Shown: positions 38,326 to 48,831 of the stretch, piece after piece
Layout: each line of letters opens with the position of its first letter
Position numbering within the stretch: the first letter of the stretch is position 1
NCBI GenBank assembly: GCA_965222375.1
Contig: CBDCTZ010000013.1
Coordinates: forward strand, 704,001-768,000
DNA: 64,000 nt
Direction: 5' to 3'
Source: Polyangiaceae bacterium
GTDB taxonomy: Bacteria; Myxococcota_A; Polyangia; Polyangiales; Polyangiaceae
Program-made: the position numbers and the translations under genes
The notes under the pieces: generated by a model
Database searches by the model: none
Seen by the model: the letters and a program-made list of their open reading frames with translations, nothing else
Told to the model about the DNA's origin: nothing

Positions 38326-39405
38326 ATGGCTTTGCGCTCCTATGCGCCACCGTCCTTTCAGCCTGAGTCCGGGGCGCGCTCCGCCCTCTTGCCGGAGCCG
38401 CCGCCCTCGGCTGCCTACCCAGCCTCGAGTACGGGAACGACCACGCCAGAAATGGCCGCTGTGCGCGTGCCCGCTTCGGACATTCCTGGCGACAACCTCG
38501 ACTCGTGGGAGGAAATCACGGACGTCGCGCGCCTCACGGAGGTTGGAGAGCCCCCGGCGGCAGTGGATGGCCGGGATCGGGCAGTGCTTCTGCGCGCTGA
38601 CGGCGTGGGTGCGGGACAGGTCCTCTCCCTAGGTGCAGGAGGCGCCGTGGTGGGGCGAGCACCGGACGCAAGTATCCACCTCGATGACGCAGGAGTGAGC
38701 CGCCGCCACGCCCGCTTGACGCCCACACTGTCGGGACGCCACTTCATCGAAGACCTCGATTCGAGCAACGGTACCTTCGTGAGGGGTCAACGTGTCGAAC
38801 GCGCCTGGCTTCAGGATGGCGACATGATCCAGCTGGGGCCGCGCGTCAGTTTTCGCTACGTCGTAGTCGATCAATCCGGCGAGGCGCTGTTTCGCCAGCT
38901 CTACCAGTCCAGCGTCCGGGATTCTCTGACGGGAGCGTACAACCGCCGACACTTCGACGAGCGCCTGACCGCGGAGCTCGCCTACGCGGATCGGCACAGC
39001 ACTGATCTATCCCTGGTCTTGTTCGATATCGACCACTTCAAGAAGGTCAACGACAACTTCGGTCATCCTGCCGGCGACGCCGTTCTGTGCCACGTCGTCA
39101 AGCTGGCTCAACGCGAACTTCGAGCGGAGGACGTCTTTGCCCGCTACGGTGGCGAGGAGTTCGCGATGTTGCTGCGAGGGGTTGGGCCGTCAGGCGCCGT
39201 CCGCGCAGCAAGTCGCATTCGAACGACGATCGAGGCAAACGCGAGCCAACACGAGGGCCGCATGATTTCTGTGACCGTGAGTGGCGGTGTCGCGTCGTTG
39301 AGCGAGACCGCAGAGCGCTCGGCTCAAACCCTGGTCGGGCGGGCAGATGCACGGCTGTATCGGGCCAAGCACGAGGGCCGCAACCGCATGATTTCGCGGG
39401 GCTAG
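38326..39405 (+). CDS. FHA-GGDEF diguanylate cyclase
   Basis: FHA motifs GR, SRRH, SSNGT; DIDHFKKVND; RAED (I-site); RYGGEEF. Confidence 0.92.
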   Translation: MALRSYAPPSFQPESGARSALLPEPPPSAAYPASSTGTTTPEMAAVRVPASDIPGDNLDSWEEITDVARLTEVGEPPAAVDGRDRAVLLRADGVGAGQVLSLGAGGAVVGRAPDASIHLDDAGVSRRHARLTPTLSGRHFIEDLDSSNGTFVRGQRVERAWLQDGDMIQLGPRVSFRYVVVDQSGEALFRQLYQSSVRDSLTGAYNRRHFDERLTAELAYADRHSTDLSLVLFDIDHFKKVNDNFGHPAGDAVLCHVVKLAQRELRAEDVFARYGGEEFAMLLRGVGPSGAVRAASRIRTTIEANASQHEGRMISVTVSGGVASLSETAERSAQTLVGRADARLYRAKHEGRNRMISRG

Positions 39406-39534
39406 GGCGCTCCCGCCAATCGGAGGCGCAGGGTCTGCGCCACATTGAAGGAGCGCTCTGAGGGAAATCCATTTCTCGGTGGTCTTTTCTACGGATTCTG
39501 GGTACACGCTCAGAAACCGGAAGGAAGCGACGAC

Positions 39535-39726
39535 GTGGCCCTCGAACTAGAAGCACTGAAGTCCGAGCGTGATCAGCTGAAGAGCAAGCTGCGAGAACTC
39601 GAGACCGAGCAGCGCAAGATAGAGGCGGAACTCAAAGGCCTGCGCCAGAAAGAGATCCAAGCCAAGCGCGAAATTGAAGCGCTGAACACGCTGATCGACA
39701 TCCACGACGTTCGCAGCGACGACTAA
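39535..39726 (+). CDS. Small coiled-coil protein
   Basis: Heptad-rich 63-aa ORF after a purine-rich RBS-like sequence. Confidence 0.65.
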   Translation: MALELEALKSERDQLKSKLRELETEQRKIEAELKGLRQKEIQAKREIEALNTLIDIHDVRSDD

Positions 39727-39807
39727 AGAGCGGCCGGACAGGTTCACGCCTTTCAGGGACGCGCACTCACGTTAGTACGGCACGCCCAAGAACCCGATGG
39801 CGCCAAC

Positions 39808-40221
39808 TCAGAGCTTGGTCTTGCCTAGAGCCAAGATGCGCCGGAAGTGCGCGGCGCTCAGAGGAACCACGCTGAGGCGGCTCTGCTTGACCAGAGCGAT
39901 GTCCGCCAAGCGCGCGTCGCCCTTGATCTGCGCTAACGTGACGGGCTGACCGAGCGCCTTTACCGGTGCAACGTCCACGACGGACCAATCGCCTTTTTTG
40001 GCGGTTGGGTCGGGATAGGCTGTCTTGGCGACTTTGGCGACCCCCACCACCTCCTTGCCAACCACGGAGTGGTAGAAGAGCAGCAGGTCGCCCTTTTTCA
40101 TCGCACGGAGGTTGTTGCGAGCGGTGTAGTTCCGCACGCCCTCCCACATCGTTTTCTTGTCGCGGACGAGATCCGCCCAGGAATAGGTGTTGGGCTCGCT
40201 CTTGACGAGGAAGTACGCCAT
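39808..40221 (-). CDS. EVE domain protein
   Basis: MAYFLVKSEP, WEGVRNYTARN, FYHS, RLSVVP. Confidence 0.92.
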   Translation of the reverse strand: MAYFLVKSEPNTYSWADLVRDKKTMWEGVRNYTARNNLRAMKKGDLLLFYHSVVGKEVVGVAKVAKTAYPDPTAKKGDWSVVDVAPVKALGQPVTLAQIKGDARLADIALVKQSRLSVVPLSAAHFRRILALGKTKL

Positions 40222-41606
40222 CAGTCGCTGCCTGCGTCTGCGGGCGTGCCGCCGCTGCCACCGGATGCGCCCCCAGTACCGCCAGACGCGCCACCAGTGC
40301 CACCCGATCCGCCACCGCTGCCCCCGGATGCGCCGCCAGAGCCGCCGCCGGTGCCCCCGCTGCCTGAGCTGCCCCCGAGCCCGCCGTCTGCGCCGCCCTG
40401 CCCGCCGGTGCCACAACCCGGGAGGGGGGTCGCGGCCACTTTCGTTTTGGCGACCGTGGCCTGCCTGGCGTTGAACCCGATCCCCACGCTCACCGAGTCG
40501 CAGGTCGCCTCGGGACTGACAGCGCCCGTCGCGAGGGAGTCGGCGCCACCGTTCACGAAGAAGGTCACCGAGCTGTAGAGGGGGTGGCCGGAGCACACGC
40601 CCAGGAGTTCAAAGCCGTCGATCATGTCTGAGACCTTGGCCGCCCCAGCAATGGTGCCGTCCTCGATCACGTACTTTCCATCCTTGTTCAGGATTCGACC
40701 CGCGAATACGCCGCGCTGAATCGTGAGGGGGTACGCACGAGCCGCGGACTCCCCGGGGAACCAGAAGAGCGCATCCGACGGCAACTGGCCCACGATATAG
40801 CCCTCTCGCACGTAGGCGCTGGGGTCGTTCAGCACCGCACTACCGGAGATGGGGTCGGCACCCACGACGCCGGTGTCTTGCACGACCCACTCATCATCCT
40901 CGGTCCAGCAGGGGTTCTTCTTCCACGACCCTTCGGGTGAAGTCAGGTCACACTTCCACGTGGGCTTGTCCGAGAGGCCCGGGGAAGGGAAGAGGTCGAT
41001 GCGCACGTTCGAATCGTTGTCAGTGCCGTTCCACTCCGAGATCCGGATGACGAAGTTATAGTCACCGCGACATAACGCGCAGTTGAAGCCATCGTTGTTC
41101 AGGCCGAACTCTTTGCCGATGCCTTGGAGTTGAACCGCCTCGTTTTCCAGCTTGCCAAAGCTGTTGTCCCGACAAGAGCGTCCGTCCGGCGGGGACGCTC
41201 CGATGCTCTTGCAAGGAACTTCGAACTGAGGCGTTTCACAACCCTCGGACGCTGAACACAGGCCATCGAGATCGAACCCGAGGTCTTGCCACGCGTCTTC
41301 GCTGGCCGTCTGATTTCGGTCCAGAGACCCGAGGGCCATGCTGCTGACGGCCACGAAGATGGGGTCAATGTCGTCGCCGCCCGCATTCTTCGGCCGTTGC
41401 TCGGCGGTGGGGACGCCAGCGCTGAGGCAACCCTCGGGGGTCTTGCTGGACCACCAGCCGATGCCACTGCCCCATTGGTCTTTGGGCACCGACGACGGCG
41501 CTGGGCCTTCCAGCAGAGACTCGTCGTAGATCTGGCAGGCAAACGGCGTCATCGCCAAACCCACCGCTCCAGACACAGCTGCGATTGCAAGAGCCCGACG
41601 GCGCAT
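40221..41606 (-). CDS. Hypothetical myxobacterial-type lipoprotein with a Gly-rich tail
   Basis: TPFAC lipobox; GFDLDG..S, DNSFG, CDSVSVGIGF. Confidence 0.7.
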   Translation of the reverse strand: MRRRALAIAAVSGAVGLAMTPFACQIYDESLLEGPAPSSVPKDQWGSGIGWWSSKTPEGCLSAGVPTAEQRPKNAGGDDIDPIFVAVSSMALGSLDRNQTASEDAWQDLGFDLDGLCSASEGCETPQFEVPCKSIGASPPDGRSCRDNSFGKLENEAVQLQGIGKEFGLNNDGFNCALCRGDYNFVIRISEWNGTDNDSNVRIDLFPSPGLSDKPTWKCDLTSPEGSWKKNPCWTEDDEWVVQDTGVVGADPISGSAVLNDPSAYVREGYIVGQLPSDALFWFPGESAARAYPLTIQRGVFAGRILNKDGKYVIEDGTIAGAAKVSDMIDGFELLGVCSGHPLYSSVTFFVNGGADSLATGAVSPEATCDSVSVGIGFNARQATVAKTKVAATPLPGCGTGGQGGADGGLGGSSGSGGTGGGSGGASGGSGGGSGGTGGASGGTGGASGGSGGTPADAGSD

Positions 41607-41699
41607 CAGCTTCAGGATAGCCAAAGCGCCGACGACAATCCTGTTTTTTTCTTCCACAGGCAAGGCACGCCGGAAACGGGGCGATCGGTGGCGGCAGGC

Positions 41700-42863
41700 T
41701 CAGGGTTTCTTGGGGGTCGTCGGTGCCGGGTCCGCATCAATGTCGTTCAGGTCGAGCAGCACCGGGCAGTGGTCAGAAAGTCGCTGGCGGGCCGCGGGCC
41801 GGGGGCCATCGAAACGGCAGGAGCTCACCGCACAGAAGCCTGAAGCCCGCGCGGGTGTCGTGGTGGCCAATTCCGCCCGGTCGAGGCGCACGATCAAATG
41901 ATCGAGGCTTCCGGAGGAGCTGCGATAGGCGTGGGTGCATGCGGGTCGTGCCACCACGCGCCGTCCGAGGGGTGAAACGGCTTGATCCAGAGCTGCCAGT
42001 TCGTCCTGGGCTGTCACTGGCGGCGAGCAGCGCCCGCAGCCCATGGTGTTGAAGTCACCGGCGAGCACGACGTCGAGATCGCCGCTTTTTGCGGCGAGCT
42101 GTGACCACAGGCCGCGGATGCGCGCGGCGGCGCGCTGGCGCAAGGAGTAGTCCCGGCGCTTGGCGCCGCTTTTGGCGTGCAAACTCACCAGGGTGAAGTC
42201 GATGCTCCCGGGCCGAGTCAGATACACGGCGAGCCCGGGCCGAAGTTGGTCCCTGCATGCTCTCCCGTGGGGATTGAGCTCACGGACAACCTGGATCTTG
42301 CTGGCCTTGAGGCGATCCGTGCGCCACAGCACGCCAACGTGCTGTCCGGCGGAGTTGGGGCAATCGTCGAGGCGGAGCCGCCACGTTGCGCTTGTCTCTC
42401 GCTTCAGAATCGCTAGCAATTCGTCGATCCGAGCGCGAGCGCTGGCCGTGGCCTTGAACTCCTGGACCGCGAGGGCGTCCAGGGCCATCCAAGTCAAAGC
42501 GCACCCCAGCCAGGGAACGTCCGTGCCAGCCGCAGGGCGCTTCCCGGGCTTTCCGTCTGGGAACCACCGCACATTCCAGGTCCCAATTCGCACGACGTCG
42601 GCGGCGCGCGGTAGACGAGCACCTCGCCGCAACGCAGCTGCGCAACCTCTGCGAGATCCCCACACTTCCCGAGCGTCGAGCTCAGGCTGCTCGGCTCCGC
42701 GCGCCGCGCTGGATGGATGCGGGGCAGCCGAAATGGCACCAGGTGGGCGCGCGGCTTGGGCGACCGTCCCAGTGACGGTCGGCGCTACACCACCGGGCTC
42801 CCCGCTCCGCTCGGCACAGCCAGCGAGCGCGAGTATCGCTCCGTACTTCAGCAGGCGCCTCAC
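41700..42863 (-). CDS. Endonuclease/exonuclease/phosphatase (EEP) family lipoprotein
   Basis: IGTWNV, AVQE, LHAKS, AGDFN, LDH, SDHCPV. Confidence 0.88.
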   Translation of the reverse strand: MRRLLKYGAILALAGCAERSGEPGGVAPTVTGTVAQAARPPGAISAAPHPSSAARGAEQPELDAREVWGSRRGCAAALRRGARLPRAADVVRIGTWNVRWFPDGKPGKRPAAGTDVPWLGCALTWMALDALAVQEFKATASARARIDELLAILKRETSATWRLRLDDCPNSAGQHVGVLWRTDRLKASKIQVVRELNPHGRACRDQLRPGLAVYLTRPGSIDFTLVSLHAKSGAKRRDYSLRQRAAARIRGLWSQLAAKSGDLDVVLAGDFNTMGCGRCSPPVTAQDELAALDQAVSPLGRRVVARPACTHAYRSSSGSLDHLIVRLDRAELATTTPARASGFCAVSSCRFDGPRPAARQRLSDHCPVLLDLNDIDADPAPTTPKKP

Positions 42864-43048
42864 GCACTGACCCTACCCTCCTGGCTGCTCCGCCGTGTGG
42901 CACGGCGGCAACACGAGCTGACGCCGACGGGTGTGCCTCCGGGCCACGGCTGCACCTTCACAGACCTCGGTGAGCCAATTGGTTCAACCACTTAAGACAT
43001 TGAATTCAAAGAGGTTTGTTGGACAGCCCCCGCCTCGAATCCATCGCT

Positions 43049-43064
43049 TGGCACGGGGAATGCT
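43049..43064 (+). promoter_or_regulatory. Putative sigma-54 promoter
   Basis: TGGCACG-ggga-ATGCT with correct GG-N10-GC spacing, upstream of ATG 43078. Confidence 0.55.
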
Positions 43065-43077
43065 CCCAAAGCACGGC

Positions 43078-43944
43078 ATGAAAAAGACTGCGCTCAAACT
43101 TGGTCTCTTGATGACTTTCGCGACTGCCATCACCGCATGCGGCACGGCGAAGGACGAGCCCCAACCCGACAAGCCGTTGGGTCCAGTAGCGTCCAACGCT
43201 CAAGAAGCCTGGCCCGAAAAGCCTGCAAGCGTGCCGGCCATTACGGCGGAACAGATCGCACAAGCCTGCGTGATGCAGGCTGCATGCATTCCGGCGAGCG
43301 AAGGACACGACCGCAAGACCCTGCAAGGCCTCGTAGACCTATGCGCCCACGACGCAGCGTTCTCCGCGGAGCGAGCGATCCCGCTGAGCGGTTTCGGAAA
43401 ACGCAACGAGCGGGCGGAATTCTTCGTGGACTGCACCCTCAAAGCGGCGAGCTGCGATGCCGCGCGCGCTTGCACGACAACTCGCTCTGAAGACGTTCAT
43501 TGCGAAGAAGACGGCTGTCGCCTCACCAGCAACGCCAGTCCGTCTGTGAGCTGCAATGGGAGCGTTGCGTCAATCACGACGGGCAGCTCCAGTATTCAAC
43601 GCGATTGCGCACGCGCCTTCGCGCAATGCTCCGAGCAAAGCCCGACGGGGTGCACGGATCGGGCGTTTTCAGCCTGCGACCAGGGCGGAATCGAGCAGGG
43701 CGACCGCTGCGATGGCGACATCCGCCTAGGTTGCGACGGAGGCAATCAGGTCAGCTACCGCGACTGCACACGCCTAGGAGGCAGCTGTCAGCAAAACGGT
43801 AAGGGTGCTTGCGTATATCCGGATGCGGACGCGCTGTGTGGCGGGGATTCGCCATCGCCGAGTGAGTGCACGGGCAGCCAGCTCTCGCTCTGCGTGGGAC
43901 ATGCTCGGATCAGCGTCGATGCGCCCGAGATCTGCCCCCTCTGA
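43078..43944 (+). CDS. Cys-rich lipoprotein
   Basis: MKKTALKLGLLMTFATAITAC lipobox; many Cys residues. Confidence 0.75.
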   Translation: MKKTALKLGLLMTFATAITACGTAKDEPQPDKPLGPVASNAQEAWPEKPASVPAITAEQIAQACVMQAACIPASEGHDRKTLQGLVDLCAHDAAFSAERAIPLSGFGKRNERAEFFVDCTLKAASCDAARACTTTRSEDVHCEEDGCRLTSNASPSVSCNGSVASITTGSSSIQRDCARAFAQCSEQSPTGCTDRAFSACDQGGIEQGDRCDGDIRLGCDGGNQVSYRDCTRLGGSCQQNGKGACVYPDADALCGGDSPSPSECTGSQLSLCVGHARISVDAPEICPL

Positions 43945-43979
43945 TCCCAGCAGCAACAAAGGAATGCTACGCCTGAGCG

Positions 43980-46103
43980 ATGAGTTCGGGCGTAGCTAGC
44001 TATGTGGGTCGACAGGATCGCGATGGAGTCCGCATCCTCACCATCGACAACCCCCCCGTGAACGCCCTCGCGGCACCAGTGGTTGCCGAGCTGTGCTCCG
44101 AGCTGGACGCGGCGTTCGACGATCCAGCCGTGCTCGCTTTGGTGATCACTGGCGCGTCAGGCTGCTTCGTTGCCGGCGCGGATATCACTCGACTCGAAAG
44201 TATCGCGCGAGGCCAGCACCCGGCCGTTGGCGACGGCCCAACCTTGCTCGATGCCATCGCCCGGCTGGAGCACAGCCCCAAGCCTTGCGTAGCAGGCATC
44301 GACGGTTTCGCCCTGGGTGGTGGCCTGGAGTTGGCGCTGGCATGCCACGCATGCGTTGGCACCAAGCGGGCACGTCTGGGCTTGCCCGAACTCAAGCTAG
44401 GTTTGATTCCAGGAGCGGGAGGCACTCAGCGACTTCCCCGGATCGTGGGCGTGAGGACGGCGCTGGAGATGACGCTCAGTGGCAAAGAGCTGCGGGGCTC
44501 AGCGGGCAAGGACGCTGGCTTGCTAGAGGCCATCGTCGACGACGACGCACTACTGGATGACGCATGCAACCGAGCGCGGTCACTTCAAGCCAACACGGAA
44601 CCCTGGGTCAGCAATCTGACTCGCGAAGATCGAATCGAGAGTCTCGACGGCGCCGAACGCTGCGCACAGGAAATGCGGAAGCGCGTCGCCAAACGCTACC
44701 GCAACCAGGGACAAATGAACGCCTGCGTCGAGGCGGTACTTCACGGCCTGAGACATGGACCGGCAGCGGGGCTAGAACGCGAGCGGCAGTTGTTCGTCCA
44801 GCTTCTGGACTCGGACGCAGCACGGGGGCTGATTCACGTATTTTTCGCCGAGCGCGCCCTGGGCAAGGCCGACCTCCCGAAGCCACGAGAGCTGAAGCAT
44901 GTCGGCGTGGTCGGCGGCGGAACCATGGGTCGCGGCATCGCGACGGCACTTCTGACCGCCGGCCTCGAAGTCACGCTGGTGGAAAGCGATGGCGCGAGAG
45001 CCCGAGGCGCAAAAACGCAAGTTCACGAGCAACTCGATCGTGACGCCACGCGGGGGCGCGCCACGGCCGAGCAATCTGACGCGCGAAAGCAGCGGCTGAG
45101 CGCAAGCTCGGAATTGTCGTCCCTGAGCCGCGCAGAGTTCGTCATCGAGGCGGTCACCGAGGACGTGGAGCTCAAGCGTACTCTGATCGGGGGACTCAGC
45201 GGCATCCTGGGCGCGGACGTGCCCATCGCCACGAATACGTCGACTCTGTCTCTGACTCGCCTGCATGACGCCGGTGTCGAGGCAGAGCGAATCCTCGGAA
45301 TGCACTTCTTCAGCCCGGCGCACATCATGAAGCTCGTGGAGGTGATCCGCGACGACCGGAGCTCTCCGGCCGCCCTCGCAGATGCGGTTCGACTGACCAA
45401 GCGCATGCGCAAGACGCCAGTGCTCGTGCGCAGCTGCCCGGGATTCCTGCTCAACAGGATCTTCATGCCCTATTCCCAAGCCTGTGGGTTGTTGATCGAT
45501 CGCGGCGTCGACCCCTACGCAATCGACTCGGCCCTGGAGGAGTTCGGTATGCCCATGGGCCCTTGTCGAGTCAGTGATCTCGCGGGCATTGATGTGGGAG
45601 TCAAAGCGGGGGCCGTGCTGGATGCGGCCTATTCGGGTCGCGCGTATCGCTCGGCACTGCGACGGCTGCTCGCCGAAGCCGGCAGGCTGGGCGAAAAGAG
45701 CGGCGCGGGGCACTACCGCTACGACACTGGCCGCGCAGAGCGGGACGACGCTCTGCAGGGCTTCGTCGAGCAGGCTCGGCAAATCGCCGGCAGACCTGAG
45801 CCGATCGAGCTCTCTGCAGAGGACATCGTCGACCACCTGTTGTTTCCGGTGGTCAATGAAGCGCTGCGCGCACTATCCGAGGGCATCGTGAGTCGTCCCG
45901 GCGACGTGGATGTAGCCGCCATTTTGGCATACGGATTCCCCGCCTATCGCGGCGGTCCGCTAAGGTGGGCGGAAAGCCGCGGTTTGCCGGTGGTGCTGCG
46001 GCGGCTCAGCAAATGGCACGCTAGCTACCAGGCCGGCCTATTTGCTCCAAGTGACGCTCTGCAGCGTGCGGCGGAGGCTGGCTCGATGGATTGCCTACTT
46101 TAG
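43980..46103 (+). CDS. Enoyl-CoA hydratase / 3-hydroxyacyl-CoA dehydrogenase (FadB/FadJ-like)
   Basis: NPPVNAL, AGADI, GGGLE, PGAGGTQRLPR, GGGTMG, TNTST, GMHFFSPA. Confidence 0.93.
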   Translation: MSSGVASYVGRQDRDGVRILTIDNPPVNALAAPVVAELCSELDAAFDDPAVLALVITGASGCFVAGADITRLESIARGQHPAVGDGPTLLDAIARLEHSPKPCVAGIDGFALGGGLELALACHACVGTKRARLGLPELKLGLIPGAGGTQRLPRIVGVRTALEMTLSGKELRGSAGKDAGLLEAIVDDDALLDDACNRARSLQANTEPWVSNLTREDRIESLDGAERCAQEMRKRVAKRYRNQGQMNACVEAVLHGLRHGPAAGLERERQLFVQLLDSDAARGLIHVFFAERALGKADLPKPRELKHVGVVGGGTMGRGIATALLTAGLEVTLVESDGARARGAKTQVHEQLDRDATRGRATAEQSDARKQRLSASSELSSLSRAEFVIEAVTEDVELKRTLIGGLSGILGADVPIATNTSTLSLTRLHDAGVEAERILGMHFFSPAHIMKLVEVIRDDRSSPAALADAVRLTKRMRKTPVLVRSCPGFLLNRIFMPYSQACGLLIDRGVDPYAIDSALEEFGMPMGPCRVSDLAGIDVGVKAGAVLDAAYSGRAYRSALRRLLAEAGRLGEKSGAGHYRYDTGRAERDDALQGFVEQARQIAGRPEPIELSAEDIVDHLLFPVVNEALRALSEGIVSRPGDVDVAAILAYGFPAYRGGPLRWAESRGLPVVLRRLSKWHASYQAGLFAPSDALQRAAEAGSMDCLL

Positions 46104-47048
46104 CGCGACTTTCGCTTCGAAGTAGCGACCCGACGCGAGCAAGAAGTAGGCACGCCCGGAGTGAGTTGCCGTGGGGGGATCGAAGCCGAGAGTCACGGCC
46201 GCGTGGGGATTGTCCTCATCCTCTGCGCGGGGGTCGTCTCGAAGCAGGACGTCGATCGATAGTTCGATCTTGCCGGCACCGTGCCCGGACGGGACCGCAA
46301 AGCGACCCCGCAACAGCATGGCGCGAGTCCGTTCCAGCAGACGGGTCATCGCCTCGACTGGCGTCTCGGGCTCCGTGATGATCTCACCGAGCTTGCCCTC
46401 CTCGTCCACGGACAGGCGCACCTGCACCGATCCTACGGGCCCCGCCGGCAGCTGACGCCAGTATGGATCGCGGTGGGTTGCAGCTGTGATTGCTCGCACG
46501 AAGGCTTTGTCCAAGCGGCGCACGCCAGGTGGCAAATCCGTCACGCTCCCGCTCTTGGGCGCAGCCCCCGCATCACCATCCGCGGCGGGTTCGGGTTGGT
46601 CAGTCGAGGCGCTTGCGGCGGCCGGCCCACTCCTGGGGCGAGGCATATCCACCGGTGGCTGCGGGGACTTGGGACGCTGCGGAGGTGGGTCCGCTTGTGG
46701 TTTGGACGGCGCTTCCGCCAGCTTGGACTCTGACTGGGCGGGCCCAGGCGGGCGCTTCGGCTTGGGTTCCTTTTCCACGGCGGGCGTCGGCTCGGGTGAG
46801 GGCGGCGCCGCCGGTTTGGCAACAGCGTGAGCGGGGAGTGACGGGCGGGTACCGGGGGCCTGGCTCTTCAGATCGGACTGTTGGGCCAGCAGGGTCTCTA
46901 CGTCGACCGTGTCGCCCCGCCAGTTGTCGCGGCTCTCGGCAGAGCGTGCCGCAGATTGGGCGACTGCGGGAGCTCCGGAAAGCACGCTCAGGACGGCCAG
47001 GTGCAGCCCAATCGAGCTGAAAACGGCGAGCATCGAGCGAAGGCCCAT
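46095..47048 (-). CDS. Pro-rich membrane-anchored protein, TonB-like architecture
   Basis: SIGLH TM anchor, Pro-rich linker, GSVQVRLSVDEEG. Confidence 0.55.
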   Translation of the reverse strand: MGLRSMLAVFSSIGLHLAVLSVLSGAPAVAQSAARSAESRDNWRGDTVDVETLLAQQSDLKSQAPGTRPSLPAHAVAKPAAPPSPEPTPAVEKEPKPKRPPGPAQSESKLAEAPSKPQADPPPQRPKSPQPPVDMPRPRSGPAAASASTDQPEPAADGDAGAAPKSGSVTDLPPGVRRLDKAFVRAITAATHRDPYWRQLPAGPVGSVQVRLSVDEEGKLGEIITEPETPVEAMTRLLERTRAMLLRGRFAVPSGHGAGKIELSIDVLLRDDPRAEDEDNPHAAVTLGFDPPTATHSGRAYFLLASGRYFEAKVALK

Positions 47049-47130
47049 GGCAGAAAGACAGCATAGCGCCCGGGGAGTTCCGCCGCCCCTCGGGAATCTG
47101 CCCGCGGGCCAAAGGCGTTTTCATTTCGAA

Positions 47131-48333
47131 ATGACCCATTCTTTCCGATGCTTCGCAGTTTTTTGCTGCGCACTGCCACTGCTCTGCTGCGACGACGCGC
47201 CCGCGGGCCGGAGCAGCGCGACCACAGGCTCGGCGCCCACACGGGTGCTGAGCACCGCCTCATCCGCCCCGAGCGCAGCTGCGGCTGAGCCGAAGGCGTC
47301 CAAGCACGCGCTGTCCAACGCGCAGTTCGCGAAGCTATTCGAAGAAGCCTCCGAGACCGGTCAATACTTCTTCAGTGACAATCACGTTTCGAACGAGACC
47401 AGCTATCTGCAGGTCGCACCCGCCCTCGACAAGCGTAGCAAGCACGGCGGCGCGTATCTGGGAGTAGGACCGGAGCAGAACTTCAGCTACCTGGCGCTGC
47501 TTAAACCAGAGCTGGCCTTCATCATTGACATCCGTCGCGCGAACGCGCTACAGCACCTTTGGTACAAAGCGCTATTCGAGGGTGCGAAGGATCGCTTCCA
47601 GTTCTTGGCCGCACTCACGGGTCGAGCCTCGAGGGATACGGCGGCCGAGGGTGAGAATCTCAAGGGGATCCTCGAGAAGGTCGCTGGGCTGCCCAAGTCA
47701 GAAAAGGGATTCGTCCAAAGCGTCTCCACAGTTCGAAAGCGCATTTCTTCCTGGGGCGTGAAGCTCTCCGCCGCTGACCACAAATCCCTCCAGATCGCAC
47801 AGCGCGCTTTCTTCGATCAAGGGCTCTCGCTGGCTTTCGAGCTGCACGAAGAGAATGGACGGACGTACCCGACTCTGCAGGCGCTACTGCTTCAGAAGGA
47901 CCCGAAGGGCAGGCTTGGTGGCTTTCTTGCGAACCATGAAAGCTTCGTCTTCGTGAGGCAGATGCAGAAAGAAAACCGCATCGTGCCAGTGGTCGGAGAC
48001 TTCGCCGGCGACCACGCCCTGCCCCGCATCGCCGAAGAGCTAAAGCGACGAAAGCTGCCAGTAAACGCGTTCTACGTTTCCAACGTCGAGCAGTACTTGC
48101 TCAAGCCGGAGGTTTGGCCGAAGTGGGTTCGCAACATCGGCTCACTTCCGTCCAACGAGACGAGCGTTTTCATTCGTTGTTACCTCGACCAGGGCAAGCG
48201 CCACCCCGCTCAACTCGAGGGGCACCGCACTGCAACGGTGCTCAGCAGCTTCGACCACTTCAAGTGGCGCTCGAAGAAGAAGGCCTACCGAAGCTTTTAC
48301 GAAATCTCGACCGAAGGCACGCTCGAGAACTGA
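47131..48333 (+). CDS. Conserved hypothetical lipoprotein
   Basis: Signal peptide with Cys; SDNHVSNE, YLGVGPEQNFSY, FYVSNVEQYL motifs. Confidence 0.7.
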   Translation: MTHSFRCFAVFCCALPLLCCDDAPAGRSSATTGSAPTRVLSTASSAPSAAAAEPKASKHALSNAQFAKLFEEASETGQYFFSDNHVSNETSYLQVAPALDKRSKHGGAYLGVGPEQNFSYLALLKPELAFIIDIRRANALQHLWYKALFEGAKDRFQFLAALTGRASRDTAAEGENLKGILEKVAGLPKSEKGFVQSVSTVRKRISSWGVKLSAADHKSLQIAQRAFFDQGLSLAFELHEENGRTYPTLQALLLQKDPKGRLGGFLANHESFVFVRQMQKENRIVPVVGDFAGDHALPRIAEELKRRKLPVNAFYVSNVEQYLLKPEVWPKWVRNIGSLPSNETSVFIRCYLDQGKRHPAQLEGHRTATVLSSFDHFKWRSKKKAYRSFYEISTEGTLEN

Positions 48334-48354
48334 AGCTTCGGCTCACCGAGTCGC

Positions 48355-48831
48355 TTAGCTCTTGTCGTCTGGTTTCGCACGCACGACAAGCACGGCGCAG
48401 CCGGCGTGCCGCAGGAGCCACTCCGCCACTGAACCCAACACGGCGCGTGACAATTTGCTTCGATTGCGACTCCCGACCACGACTGTGTCCGCATCGTGGC
48501 GTCCCGCCGCGCTGGCCAGAGCCTTTCCGGGAGGACCTGCCAGGACCTCCGTGATCAACTTGGGTGCGCCAGCGGCGCGCTCCTCTTGCCAGGCTTGAAC
48601 CAACTGCTGCACGCGCTCCTCGAACCGCCTTGCTGCTTCCGTCGTATCGACGAGCTGCTCGTGGACGCCGTATTCGATCGTCTTGAACGGGTCGTAGCCT
48701 CCGCCGACAACGTGCACCGCGACGACCTGAGCCCCGCGGCTCGCCGCAAGTTCCAAGGCTTGCAACAGTGCTGCCTCGCTGGCAGCACTCTCGTCCAACC
48801 CCACCAATACGTTCTTCACCGCCTCAGCCAC
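48355..48831 (-). CDS. Universal stress protein (UspA family)
   Basis: NVLVGLDES, VVGSR, LGSVAEWLLRHAGCAVLVV. Confidence 0.9.
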   Translation of the reverse strand: MAEAVKNVLVGLDESAASEAALLQALELAASRGAQVVAVHVVGGGYDPFKTIEYGVHEQLVDTTEAARRFEERVQQLVQAWQEERAAGAPKLITEVLAGPPGKALASAAGRHDADTVVVGSRNRSKLSRAVLGSVAEWLLRHAGCAVLVVRAKPDDKS

